Shown one piece after another: positions 6,850 to 16,219 of a stretch of 27,722 nt of DNA; position 1 is the first letter of the stretch; each line of letters starts with the position of its first letter. The DNA comes from a candidate division FCPU426 bacterium. Its GTDB lineage: Bacteria; Oederibacteriota; JAAXVQ01; JAUVAV01. Position numbers and translations under genes: made by a program. The stretch spans positions 1 to 27,722 of the forward strand of contig DAOWGI010000036.1 of assembly GCA_030637655.1 (NCBI GenBank), read 5' to 3'. Under the pieces are notes generated by a model, which was not told where the DNA came from, made no database searches, and was given only the letters and a program-made list of their open reading frames with translations.

Positions 6850-8472
6850 CTACTTCTCTGATTTAATTTTTTGTAAAGAAACTTTATAGCCATAAGTTTC
6901 CAATTTTTGCTTTGCATTTTTCAAAGCAACTTTACTGAAAAATGGTATTTCCAAGTCATTTTCTACCGAACTTATTACAGCAAAAACCACTTCATAATCA
7001 GAAGCTTTCGGTTTATTTTCAATATCAAATATCCTATGTGCTTTTGATAGTTTTGCGCTTACTTTTTTTCTGAAATCTTCATCTCTTATAAAGAGTTCGC
7101 CAGACACGATCCCCTGGTTGAACAAATGACTTAAAACAGATGAACCGCCATAATGTTTTACGTGTATCATTTTTTTGTTTTTTGCAAACAGATCACAAAA
7201 TTCAATTTTACTATAACCGCCTCCATGGCTGATGTTTTTTCTATCCATACAACAAAATTGCTTGTCTTTTTGAGCAATCTTTATATTATAATCATTTTCA
7301 TTTCCATGCTGATAAGATGGCAAATCAATAGATATTGCTTGATTTCTAAGTGCTTGATATTCTTTATCCACTGATTTAGTAAAACTTTTTTCCACTTCAT
7401 ACCATTTCCCATTACTCAGCAAATATGTTTTTTCTTTGGTGCGGTCGTTTATTTCACAATACATACAATTGTATGCAGACCATTGGTGTTTAAGGCTGTC
7501 GTTTTGAGAATCAAAACAATATATTTTTTTCTTTTTCAATATTTCTATAGATAATTTATTTTTATCATCTTCAGATGCATCAGACAATGAATTAATAAAA
7601 GCGGATAAATTTATGTCATCATATTGTGTTTTAGGTCGCGCGCTATTTTTATATGAAAATCCTGAAACCTCTTCCCATTTCACAAGTTCTGGCACAGCCA
7701 TCCACGTTTTACCTTCTTGGTTGTTCTTTATATTTTCAATTAATTGCCCATCTAAAGTTTCGATTAGTTTTGGATCTTTTATGTCAGCAATCTGATCGAT
7801 CCAACCAAAATCCTTTTTATAATCTGTTTTTAAATATGTTTGGTAACATGTTTCTAAAAAATCCTTTATATTTGTCAAATCAACTTTGACTGAAACGCTC
7901 AAAGCGTCTTTACCTGTTATATTTTTTCCAAAAGTTTCATCTATAGTTTTTCCGGTAATTGATTGGACTAAATCTTGCTCAATATCAATTCCAAAATCCG
8001 CAGCTACACCTCCGCGGCTTAATTGTTCACTGGTATCTTTAGGAACAGAAGACATATTTTTTTTATCAATTCTGCGAAGACTGTCAGCATCAACAATATT
8101 GAGTGCTGTTTTTAAGCCAAAGCGTTCTTCCCATACTCCATGATTAAGAAGCGTCCAGCCATACCCAAAAGGAATTGCAAAAATTCTTCCTTGCTGTTTC
8201 ACTAATAAAACAGCCTTTGAGGTTGCGCTAAAAAGTTTTGATTTTGGTACATTTTCATATTTCTTATTATTGAAACTATCGTTAAAAAAATCTTCGATCC
8301 ATGCCGGTTCAAAATATTGTGAATCACCATAATATAACGTACCGATAGTGTTGGTTTTGTATTTGATATCTTCTTCTGTGAGCTCAGTATATTTCCCAAG
8401 AATATCCTCAGGCTTTGTGTACGATTCTTTAATAAGGTAGATGGTTAATTTGTTTGTTGGAATTTTGGCCAT
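6850..8472 (-). CDS. TIGR04141-family sporadically distributed protein (DUF6119)
   Basis: LTIYLIK, FAIPFGYG, FGLKTALN, LSNGKWYEV, IEFCDLF, HVKHYGGSSVLSHLFNQG, IPFFSKVAL motifs; 540 aa. Confidence 0.85.
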   Translation of the reverse strand: MAKIPTNKLTIYLIKESYTKPEDILGKYTELTEEDIKYKTNTIGTLYYGDSQYFEPAWIEDFFNDSFNNKKYENVPKSKLFSATSKAVLLVKQQGRIFAIPFGYGWTLLNHGVWEERFGLKTALNIVDADSLRRIDKKNMSSVPKDTSEQLSRGGVAADFGIDIEQDLVQSITGKTIDETFGKNITGKDALSVSVKVDLTNIKDFLETCYQTYLKTDYKKDFGWIDQIADIKDPKLIETLDGQLIENIKNNQEGKTWMAVPELVKWEEVSGFSYKNSARPKTQYDDINLSAFINSLSDASEDDKNKLSIEILKKKKIYCFDSQNDSLKHQWSAYNCMYCEINDRTKEKTYLLSNGKWYEVEKSFTKSVDKEYQALRNQAISIDLPSYQHGNENDYNIKIAQKDKQFCCMDRKNISHGGGYSKIEFCDLFAKNKKMIHVKHYGGSSVLSHLFNQGIVSGELFIRDEDFRKKVSAKLSKAHRIFDIENKPKASDYEVVFAVISSVENDLEIPFFSKVALKNAKQKLETYGYKVSLQKIKSEK

Positions 8473-8525
8473 GTTAACCCGCTCCTCAATAAATTTAAAA
8501 AGGAAAGATTTAATCCTTAGTTTCG

Positions 8526-9236
8526 TTATTCATCTTCATTATTGTAGGCCTCGACATATTGCTTCTTTATCTGACCAATCAACTTTTTCTTCCCGTGGAC
8601 GGCCAAAGAATTAAAATTAAATTCCAGGCACATTTTCATGTCTTGCTGTGAAAAATAATTTTGCCGGAGCAACACTTCCTGAAAGTGTTCAAAGTTTTCT
8701 TCTTCCTCACTCAATACTCTGGCAAAAATAGCAAACAAGACCTCCTTCATGTTGTTTTGAATCTGAGCAACACAATCTAATATTTGAGTGATCTTCTCAT
8801 CGAGCTGTTCCTGCGACTCAAAGAATATATTGCCGTTTGAATGAGCCACATCATTGCGCTGATCGATTATCTTATGCCATTGTCCAATTTGACCATTGTC
8901 AAAACCTATCAACTTGAAGAACCTCAATATGCTTCGCTCATTTAATTCACTCAAACTGAACGGCGTTCCAGAGTTTAAAAGCTTATTTTCAATATCTTTT
9001 CCAAATCCAATCAATGCTTTTTGAAAACAATCCGGCCTAACTGATTTTATTTTCCAGATAGAAAAATACACAAACATCATAAACGACATATGATATGCAA
9101 GAAATGAAAATTGATACTTTTTATTCTCATAGTTGCATACAAACGCATCCCAAAGAAACGGCAAATACTCCTGTTCTTTTTCAGTACAATAATAGCTGGG
9201 CAAATAGTCTAAAATAGCTTGAGCGTCCTCAATCAC
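8526..9236 (-). CDS. Hypothetical protein with HEPN-like RxxxxH motif
   Basis: 236-aa ORF that looks helical by eye, containing IDQRNDVAHSNG. Start overlaps the M-S gene stop (ATGA). Confidence 0.6.
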   Translation of the reverse strand: MIEDAQAILDYLPSYYCTEKEQEYLPFLWDAFVCNYENKKYQFSFLAYHMSFMMFVYFSIWKIKSVRPDCFQKALIGFGKDIENKLLNSGTPFSLSELNERSILRFFKLIGFDNGQIGQWHKIIDQRNDVAHSNGNIFFESQEQLDEKITQILDCVAQIQNNMKEVLFAIFARVLSEEEENFEHFQEVLLRQNYFSQQDMKMCLEFNFNSLAVHGKKKLIGQIKKQYVEAYNNEDE

Positions 9237-11830
9237 TTCTCACCCCAGACTTTGGCAATACGGTCTTTGATTTTTTGTTCGTACATTTTAATGAGTTTTT
9301 TGTTGGCATCTACTATTTGTTGTTCCTGCTGAATTGTATATATAACCTTATCTTGTACTTCCGTATCCGGACGAGGAATTAACCATTTTGAAACAAAATC
9401 TTTAGGAACTCTCTGCAATCCACCAGTTCCTGTCATTTTTGCTTTACCAGATCCCCTAAAACTCCTTGGTACTATGTTGTAATATATCCATTCAGGACGA
9501 ACCTTGTTACCAGCTCTTAAAACATAAAATTCACTTGAACCAAAACCTATACCATTGAGCAAATTACGCGCAAGCCCAGCTTTTCCATTTTCGAAACATG
9601 GTGTTACTTTCGCCAACAACACATCTTCATTTTGGAAATATGTATACCCCTCAAAGACATCCCCTAACCGTTTTTTTTGTTTAGACTCAAAATACATTTG
9701 ATTTTCATTGATATCTGCCATAGGGACAAAAGAAACTACTAGTTCTTGATTCTTATCCGAAATTCGTGACTTCTTTGGATTTAATTCACAAACTTTGCCC
9801 AACTCCACCATCTCCCACTCAGGATCAATATCAATGCGCGGCTTGTAGTTTTCAACAACTTGCCGCGCGCCGTTGATGATTTTTTGATAGCCATCTAATT
9901 CTGCAACGATTTCTTGTTGGATGGGTAATGGGGGCAAGGGCAATTGAATGTTTTTCAAGACTCTAACTGATGCAACATTTTTTATTGCTGCACCATATGT
10001 TAAGTTATTGAGTGAGCATTGAAACTTATCACTCTCCATCATATATTTTAAGTAGTTTTTGTCGATTTTATTTGACGGCGACAATTTTAACAGCGCTTGG
10101 TTAATTATACCAGGTTTAAGCCATGTAGGTGCAATGGCCACTTTCCCCATCGTTCCAGAGCAACTCATTATTAAGTCGCCAGGGTTTAGATGAAATTGTG
10201 TCATTTCCTGGTATTTTTTTTCATCTATATAATATCTAACTGCATTAAAGTCGTTTTGGATCGCATGACTTTGTTCATATATACAATACCCGGACGACAC
10301 AAAAATGTCTTTTTTTAAACTTCCGCCAAAAGGTCCACGCTTAAATTCTGCAACATCTCCCAATTTTTTAAAAATGTAATTACTTGATCGAAACTCATCT
10401 CTTGTTTTGTACCTCTCTCCGCTCAGATTATATTCCCCACCCTCTGCAATCTTACTTTTTTCAACCAAATGTATATTCTGCCATCCATCGCTGTTAAATA
10501 CTTTTCCTGCAAGCAGTGCTTCTTTATATTCCATAATCGCTTGATACGCCTCTGGCAGATCATTTTTCTTGATGGGCCGGCGTTGGGCCCCGAGGTCAAA
10601 GCCGTCGTTTTCGATTTTGACGAATAATAGTTTATCCGTCTTTTTGGCTAATTTTTTATCGAACCAGAGAATAGACGTTTTTACGCCTGAATAGGGATTA
10701 AACAGTCCGGCAGGCAGGGATATCACCCCGACTAAAAAGTGATCCTCCACCAGCATTTTGCGAAGCTGTTTATAGGCGTTGGATGTTTGAAAAATAATGC
10801 CTTCCGGCACAATAATCGCGGCGCGGCCCTGAGGGTTCAAATGTTCAGCCATGTAATCCACAAACAGCACTTCCGAGCGGTTGGCTTGCACGGAAAAACG
10901 GTTATGGGGTTTGATCCCGCCTTTGGGCGACATAAAGGGCGGATTGGCCAGGATGACATCCGCTTTTTCATCCCATTTTTCGTCACGGGAGAGCGTATCA
11001 TATTCCGCAATGCTTGGATTACTGAATCCATGTAAATACATATTCACCAGCGAGAGGCGCACCATATCAGGAGAAATGTCATATCCAAAAATGTTGTCAA
11101 CCAGGCGCTTTCTGTCATCTGAAGTCAGTTTCTCGCCTTTATACCCTTTTCCGTTAATGGTAAGTTCCGAAAGTTTGATGTCCTGTAATTCAAAGGGCTT
11201 GGGATCATGCTTAGGGTCATAATTTTTTGAATTTCTTTTAATGATGTGTTTATACGCGGAGATTAAAAACCCGGCCGTGCCGCAGGCAGGGTCCAGAATC
11301 CGCTCGTTTTTTTTAGGCTCCAATATCTCAACCATAAAATCAATGATGTTTCTTGGAGTCCTGAATTGTCCGGCATCTCCCTGACTGCCTAATACGGAAA
11401 GCAGGTATTCAAAAGCATCGCCTAATCTTTCGGAATGATCATACTCAAAGGTATTAATCTCTTTAAGAAAATCTTTTAATGTTTCCGGGTCACGATAGGG
11501 CAAATAAGCATTTTTGAATATATCCCTGAACAGTTGCGGAACATTGTTGTTATAATTCATGTTCTGAAGGGCTTCGCCGTATAAATTAACAACTTCCTGT
11601 CCGCTGTTTCTCGGATCAAAAATATTTCGCCAGGCGTATTTTTTATATTCTTTTGTAAAAAACTTGGCTTTGCCGCGGGGCAGGCTTTCCGCCTGCCTGT
11701 CCATATCATCCATGAATTTATAAATAAGCGCGATGGTTATCTGTTCAACCTGCGACTTGGGATCAGGTATTTTGCCGACCAGAATATCGCGGGCTGAATC
11801 TATCCGTCTTTTGGTCTCGCTATCTAACAT
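9233..11830 (-). CDS. Type I-like N6-adenine methyltransferase fused to a two-TRD specificity subunit (HsdM-HsdS fusion)
   Basis: GQFRTP, DPACGTAGFL and NPPF motifs in the N-terminal ~480 aa. The C-terminal part has two TRDs (KLGDVA...PLPPLPIQQEIV; LGKVC...GTGGLQRVP) of HsdS type. Confidence 0.9.
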   Translation of the reverse strand: MLDSETKRRIDSARDILVGKIPDPKSQVEQITIALIYKFMDDMDRQAESLPRGKAKFFTKEYKKYAWRNIFDPRNSGQEVVNLYGEALQNMNYNNNVPQLFRDIFKNAYLPYRDPETLKDFLKEINTFEYDHSERLGDAFEYLLSVLGSQGDAGQFRTPRNIIDFMVEILEPKKNERILDPACGTAGFLISAYKHIIKRNSKNYDPKHDPKPFELQDIKLSELTINGKGYKGEKLTSDDRKRLVDNIFGYDISPDMVRLSLVNMYLHGFSNPSIAEYDTLSRDEKWDEKADVILANPPFMSPKGGIKPHNRFSVQANRSEVLFVDYMAEHLNPQGRAAIIVPEGIIFQTSNAYKQLRKMLVEDHFLVGVISLPAGLFNPYSGVKTSILWFDKKLAKKTDKLLFVKIENDGFDLGAQRRPIKKNDLPEAYQAIMEYKEALLAGKVFNSDGWQNIHLVEKSKIAEGGEYNLSGERYKTRDEFRSSNYIFKKLGDVAEFKRGPFGGSLKKDIFVSSGYCIYEQSHAIQNDFNAVRYYIDEKKYQEMTQFHLNPGDLIMSCSGTMGKVAIAPTWLKPGIINQALLKLSPSNKIDKNYLKYMMESDKFQCSLNNLTYGAAIKNVASVRVLKNIQLPLPPLPIQQEIVAELDGYQKIINGARQVVENYKPRIDIDPEWEMVELGKVCELNPKKSRISDKNQELVVSFVPMADINENQMYFESKQKKRLGDVFEGYTYFQNEDVLLAKVTPCFENGKAGLARNLLNGIGFGSSEFYVLRAGNKVRPEWIYYNIVPRSFRGSGKAKMTGTGGLQRVPKDFVSKWLIPRPDTEVQDKVIYTIQQEQQIVDANKKLIKMYEQKIKDRIAKVWGEK

Positions 11831-11895
11831 AGTTTCTCCTCTTTAAAGTTCATGAGTTTAGCCCCGTTACAAGTGGTTATGTCACTATCCGAAAT

Positions 11896-11993
11896 TTGTC
11901 ATCCCGGCAATATTTTAGCCGGGATCCAGTGACTTTTAATTCTTTTAAAATCAAAACCTCTGGATCCCCGATAAGATCATTCGAGGATGACAA
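11896..11993. repeat. Double-hairpin REP-like element (TTGTCATCCCG...GGATGACAA)
   Basis: Closely similar to 6145-6242, including the spacer CCAGTGACTTTTAA...AAAATCAAAACCTCTGG. Confidence 0.8.
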
Positions 11994-12036
11994 GCAAAAA
12001 AAACGGCTTTCCTCAACAGGAACTAGTTACCTTGCA

Positions 12037-14562
12037 TTACATAAATGCATTAAGCGGCACGTAATCCTTGACATATTCCATGACCGGAACCATCAACTCG
12101 CCCAATTCCTGTAAATCCCGCATATTAAACCTTGGGTTTGTCGCAAGAGATGAAAATTCCCCTGTTTCCATGATCTGTCTTATTTCATTATCCGAAATAT
12201 AGGCTTTCATAAACTGCCCGATAATATGCGCGAATTCAGGCTGCGGATGGTAAATGGAAATAAATTTCTGCACTTCTTCTTCCAGCAGTTCGTCTTTGGT
12301 CTTGAACTTTTTGATAGTACCGAATATCTTCTCGAGAATTTCCCGCAAGCTTACCCGGCGGTCTAATTTGATGGACTTGCGCAGTTTTTCAAGATCAAAA
12401 TATTCTTCAGGCTTGTTAAATACTTCCTGCTTGATATAGGCTTCCGCTTCCTCAAATTTGCCCTCATTGATTTTCGCCTTGATATGCTCATCCGCGCTGA
12501 TTGTTTCCTCAAATTTTTCAAACAGCTTGCGGTCAATCCTCATGCCTTCCAGACCAATGACCTTTTCATGAAGACCCGTAATCGGATCGGGATTGACATT
12601 TTCATATTCAATTGATTCTTTTGGCAAAATAACAGGGTCAGGTCCGGTTACTTTGGCATTGTTTTTCGGCAATTCAAGGACTTCATCATAAGGATACTTG
12701 TCATCAAAATATTCACAATTGGCAAAAAAATCAAAGAGTTTGAATTTTTCTTTTTCCTGCTTATAGGCTTCTGTGCCGCCCATTCCATCCGCTTCTTTGT
12801 GCACAAACGCGTATTTGCGCGTGCCACGGCCTTTTATCTGAATGAAATCAGTCGGCGAAAATATCGGCCGCAGCATACACAGATTAAGAATGTCCCGGCA
12901 GTCATAGCCGGTAGTCATCATGCCCACAGTTACACAAACACGGGTTTTTGAGGTGCTGTACCCGTCTACAAACTTTGAATTTCCATTTAAGCGATTATTG
13001 GCAAAGTTAATAGTCATTTGCTGCGCGCCGGAAACATTGGATGTTATTTGAACAGCAAAATCCGAATTATATTTGCCGGGATATTTTTGATGCGCGAGCT
13101 CGTTTAAGATTTGTGTGACTTTTGAGGCGTGATTTTGACTGACACAAAAACAAATGGTTTTACCGATCTCCTTGGTTAACGGATCACGCAAAGCATTATC
13201 AAAAAATGTTTTACAGAATGTAAGGTTGGTCTCATCAGAGAATAATTTTTTCTCAAAATCTTTTTGATAAAATATTTTTTCCTCTTCCCCGCCTTCCTCA
13301 TTGGCCATGACAACAGCATAGCCTTCATCTGATAATAATTGGGTTGTGATTTCCGTTCTGGCGTCGATTGTGATCGGATTGATTAAATAGCCCTCGCGAA
13401 CCCCGGCCAGCAAAGAATAACGAAAGGTCGGATCACTGTCCAGGCAGCCAAAGGTGGTATAAGTGTCCAACAATTGCCTTTGTTCCAAAGCCCGCGGATC
13501 ACGATTGGCCAGATGGCTTATATCCACATTTTTAAGATAATTTTTAGGGGTTGCGGTTAGTCCCAGTTTATACCCGATAAAATATTCAAAAACCGCACGG
13601 CTATTGCCTCCGATTGATCTATGCGCTTCATCAGAGATTACCAGATCAAAATCCGTTGGGCTGAACAAGTCTTTGTACTTATTATTAAACAGCAATGACT
13701 GTACGGTTGAAACAACGATTTCCGCCCTGATCCAATCGTCTTTATTCTCTTTATAAATCACACATTTAAAATCATTTTTAAGATAATCTTTAAAATTTCT
13801 CCTGGCCTGATCTTCCAGTTCCAAACGGTCCACCAGAAATAATACGCGCTTGGCATTACTTGTGCGCAAAAACAGTTTACTCACTGCTGCTGATACCAGG
13901 GTTTTGCCGGTGCCGGTTGCCATTTCAAATAGAAACCGGTCCTTTCCTTGCTTCACAGCATCTTGAATAGAACGAACCGCTTGCTTCTGATACTCGCGTA
14001 AAAAACGCAATCCGCTATTTTCGATAAACTTTTCTCTCTGCGATTCATCCTGCCATTGCGGGTCTTTGCTGTAATTCTGGTTCTGAGTTATGGCAATATA
14101 ATCATGGCCGACTTCTTCCCGAATAAGCGCATCCCGGTCTGGCGTAAATGCCTGTTTGTGCGAAATAGAATCTTGTGAGGGAAAGGTCGTGATAATATGG
14201 GGGTTGTCTGTTTCAACATCCCAAAAATAATGAATATTTCCGTTGGATAAGATCACAAAGCGCACGTTTATAGATTGCGCGTATTGTCTGGCTTGTTCCT
14301 TGCCGTCCAGCGGGCTTTTGTCTTCCTTCTTTGCTTCTAAAACAACAAAAGGGAAACCGTTTTTGTCTAAAAGGAGAAAATCAATAAAGCCATTTTTGGT
14401 TTTTTCAAAATCTTCCCCCAGCTCATTTAATGCCCGCTCGCTCAATTTGGCATTAACTTCCAGAGCAATATTGGCCCGGCCTTGATTGGAATCAAAAAAG
14501 CGCCATCCGGTATCTTCCAGAAGTTTATTGATTTTGATTCTTGCTTTGGCTTCTTTTGGCAT
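12037..14562 (-). CDS. hsdR: Type I restriction endonuclease subunit R (EcoEI-like DEAH helicase/nuclease)
   Basis: FIDFLL..VLEAKK..QARQY nuclease motif, REYQ, MATGTGKT, FLVDR, DEAH, GLTATP, TTGYD, QIKGRGTR. Start at MPKEAKAR with an AGGAG RBS. Confidence 0.9.
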   Translation of the reverse strand: MPKEAKARIKINKLLEDTGWRFFDSNQGRANIALEVNAKLSERALNELGEDFEKTKNGFIDFLLLDKNGFPFVVLEAKKEDKSPLDGKEQARQYAQSINVRFVILSNGNIHYFWDVETDNPHIITTFPSQDSISHKQAFTPDRDALIREEVGHDYIAITQNQNYSKDPQWQDESQREKFIENSGLRFLREYQKQAVRSIQDAVKQGKDRFLFEMATGTGKTLVSAAVSKLFLRTSNAKRVLFLVDRLELEDQARRNFKDYLKNDFKCVIYKENKDDWIRAEIVVSTVQSLLFNNKYKDLFSPTDFDLVISDEAHRSIGGNSRAVFEYFIGYKLGLTATPKNYLKNVDISHLANRDPRALEQRQLLDTYTTFGCLDSDPTFRYSLLAGVREGYLINPITIDARTEITTQLLSDEGYAVVMANEEGGEEEKIFYQKDFEKKLFSDETNLTFCKTFFDNALRDPLTKEIGKTICFCVSQNHASKVTQILNELAHQKYPGKYNSDFAVQITSNVSGAQQMTINFANNRLNGNSKFVDGYSTSKTRVCVTVGMMTTGYDCRDILNLCMLRPIFSPTDFIQIKGRGTRKYAFVHKEADGMGGTEAYKQEKEKFKLFDFFANCEYFDDKYPYDEVLELPKNNAKVTGPDPVILPKESIEYENVNPDPITGLHEKVIGLEGMRIDRKLFEKFEETISADEHIKAKINEGKFEEAEAYIKQEVFNKPEEYFDLEKLRKSIKLDRRVSLREILEKIFGTIKKFKTKDELLEEEVQKFISIYHPQPEFAHIIGQFMKAYISDNEIRQIMETGEFSSLATNPRFNMRDLQELGELMVPVMEYVKDYVPLNAFM

Positions 14563-14710
14563 ATTGCTCCTTTTTAACCGGGAGACGTTTTTTCGTTTCA
14601 TATTATGGCACAATTATATGCCCTTCTCACTTTTCAACCAATCACAATTGGTTCAAATCCAACCACAACTCACACTTCTTCCTTTTTTAAACAGGTCGTC
14701 TATTTTTCTC

Positions 14711-14735
14711 GAAACCAGTGGCCGGCACCAATTTC
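14711..14735 (+). repeat. 25-bp island motif copy 6
   Basis: GAAACCAGTGGCCGGCACCAATTTC. Confidence 0.85.
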
Positions 14736-14758
14736 ACCAACATACGAAGCATACTTGT

Positions 14759-15346
14759 TTAATTGATCAGCTCACGGCAAAATGCTTCTAATGGGCCATA
14801 ATTTCCCCGGTCCGCCTCCTGCATGGACTTGATATATGTTTCCCGGATTTTAGTTTTCTCAATCAATTCCTTATCCGGCCAGTTGGGCAATTTTTCACCC
14901 CGACCGAAAAGGAATATATCCGAAATCAGCCTGGCATGTCTTCCGTTTCCATTGAAAAAGGGGTGAGTTTTTACCAGTCTATGGTGTATATATACACTTC
15001 TATCAAACACACTTAACGTATTGTTTTTTTCCCAAAATTCAATATCCTTGGCCAAATTATATATCTCTATAGGTATTTGAATCGGTTCCACACCAAGATT
15101 TAAGGAGACCGTCCGAAAAGTCCCCGCCCAGGTCCAGGTTTGTTCAAACATTTCTTTATGCACTTTTTTTATAAACTCAACTGTCATTAAATACTTCCTG
15201 CGCTTTAATAGGTATTTGCGTGTGGCCTGGGCAATGTTATATGCTTCATATTCATTAAGTTGGGTTTGGGTTTCTATGTGTTTCGGGATTAAATGAGAGA
15301 CATCGCCAATAGGAGTCGCATCAGGAACAGCTTCAAATCCAGGCAT
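14759..15346 (-). CDS. Mobile mystery protein B (Fic domain)
   Basis: HPFFNGNGRHARL Fic motif, N-terminal PDATPI...LNEYEAYNI, WTWAGTFR. Confidence 0.9.
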   Translation of the reverse strand: MPGFEAVPDATPIGDVSHLIPKHIETQTQLNEYEAYNIAQATRKYLLKRRKYLMTVEFIKKVHKEMFEQTWTWAGTFRTVSLNLGVEPIQIPIEIYNLAKDIEFWEKNNTLSVFDRSVYIHHRLVKTHPFFNGNGRHARLISDIFLFGRGEKLPNWPDKELIEKTKIRETYIKSMQEADRGNYGPLEAFCRELIN

Positions 15347-15793
15347 TTATTCTTCCCAGAGCGAAGCATTGGGATTTTTCGTAAGTTCACGTGTTAGTTC
15401 ATCTAATTCCTTATGATATGTTTTATCGTCAGGCGCCTGATTTTCAAGTGCCATATTAGCGTATGTACGCTTTAGTATCCGCTCAGCAGTTTTTCCGGCC
15501 TGGCGTTGTATCATTTCTTCAAGCGTAACCGGCAGCGAAACACTCATTAAAAGATAGCCATTAAAAATGCTAATATATCGTTCGAGTGTTTGTAAGTTGG
15601 CTGAAGACAGATTTTTCTCAAGTTTGGTCACTGCCTGCCTGGTTATACCAAGCCTCTTGGCCACTTGTTTCTGAGTCATGCCCAGAGATTTTCTAATATC
15701 TTTTAGACGCCGGCCAAACTTAAATACTGGCATAGGATTGCCTGATTTTGTAAGTTCAGATAATTGTCTTATTTTTAGAGCACTTGTTGTCAT
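15347..15793 (-). CDS. Mobile mystery protein A (XRE HTH)
   Basis: IRKSLGMTQKQVAKRLGIT HTH, MALENQ motif and C-terminal LWEE. GGAGGAGG RBS before ATG 15793; abuts the Fic gene. Confidence 0.85.
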   Translation of the reverse strand: MTTSALKIRQLSELTKSGNPMPVFKFGRRLKDIRKSLGMTQKQVAKRLGITRQAVTKLEKNLSSANLQTLERYISIFNGYLLMSVSLPVTLEEMIQRQAGKTAERILKRTYANMALENQAPDDKTYHKELDELTRELTKNPNASLWEE

Positions 15794-15803
15794 ATTATCC
15801 TCC

Positions 15804-15870
15804 TCCACAAAAGCAACTTTGGAGTTTCTATTTTATTATAATTAAGCTACTTTAAAGTTGCTTTTGTGGA
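15804..15870. promoter_or_regulatory. Inverted-repeat operator/promoter upstream of mobile mystery A
   Basis: Perfect 17-bp IR TCCACAAAAGCAACTTT / AAAGTTGCTTTTGTGGA around a minus-strand TATAAT (15835-15840). Confidence 0.65.
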
Positions 15871-15933
15871 ATTATAGCAATTATAACAATAACAGACAAC
15901 TCTAAATGAATTCCGGGGTGTCTTTTTTTAAAC

Positions 15934-15958
15934 GAACCCAGTGGCTGGCACCTGATTC
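15934..15958 (+). repeat. 25-bp island motif copy 7
   Basis: GAACCCAGTGGCTGGCACCTGATTC. Confidence 0.9.
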
Positions 15959-15964
15959 ATCTGA

Positions 15965-16114
15965 TTCCCCCAGCTCATTTAATGCCCGGCCGCTTAATTT
16001 GGCATTAACTTCCAGAGCAATATTAGCCCGGCCTTGATCGGAATCAAAAAAACGCCATCCGGCTTCTTTCAGGAGTTTGTTGATTTTGATTCTTGCTTTG
16101 GCTTCTTTTGGCAT
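15965..16114 (-). pseudogene. Truncated second copy of hsdR (first 50 codons)
   Basis: MPKEAKARIKINKLLKEAGWRFFDSDQGRANIALEVNAKLSGRALNELGE aligns to 14413-14562. The upstream ~80 bp is also shared. Confidence 0.9.
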
Positions 16115-16219
16115 TTTGTTCCTTTTTAATCGGGACACTTGTGGCACAATTATATGTCCTAATCACTTTTCAACCAATCACAATTATTTCAAATATTGAT
16201 AAAATAAGAAGGGCCAGGC

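Noticed and set aside
11881-12030. Second complete MITE around the hairpin between hsdR and the M-S gene
   Set aside because: Ends (GTCACTATCCG / GTAACTAGTTCC) only weakly resemble the TIR and there is no target duplication; only the hairpin repeat is kept.
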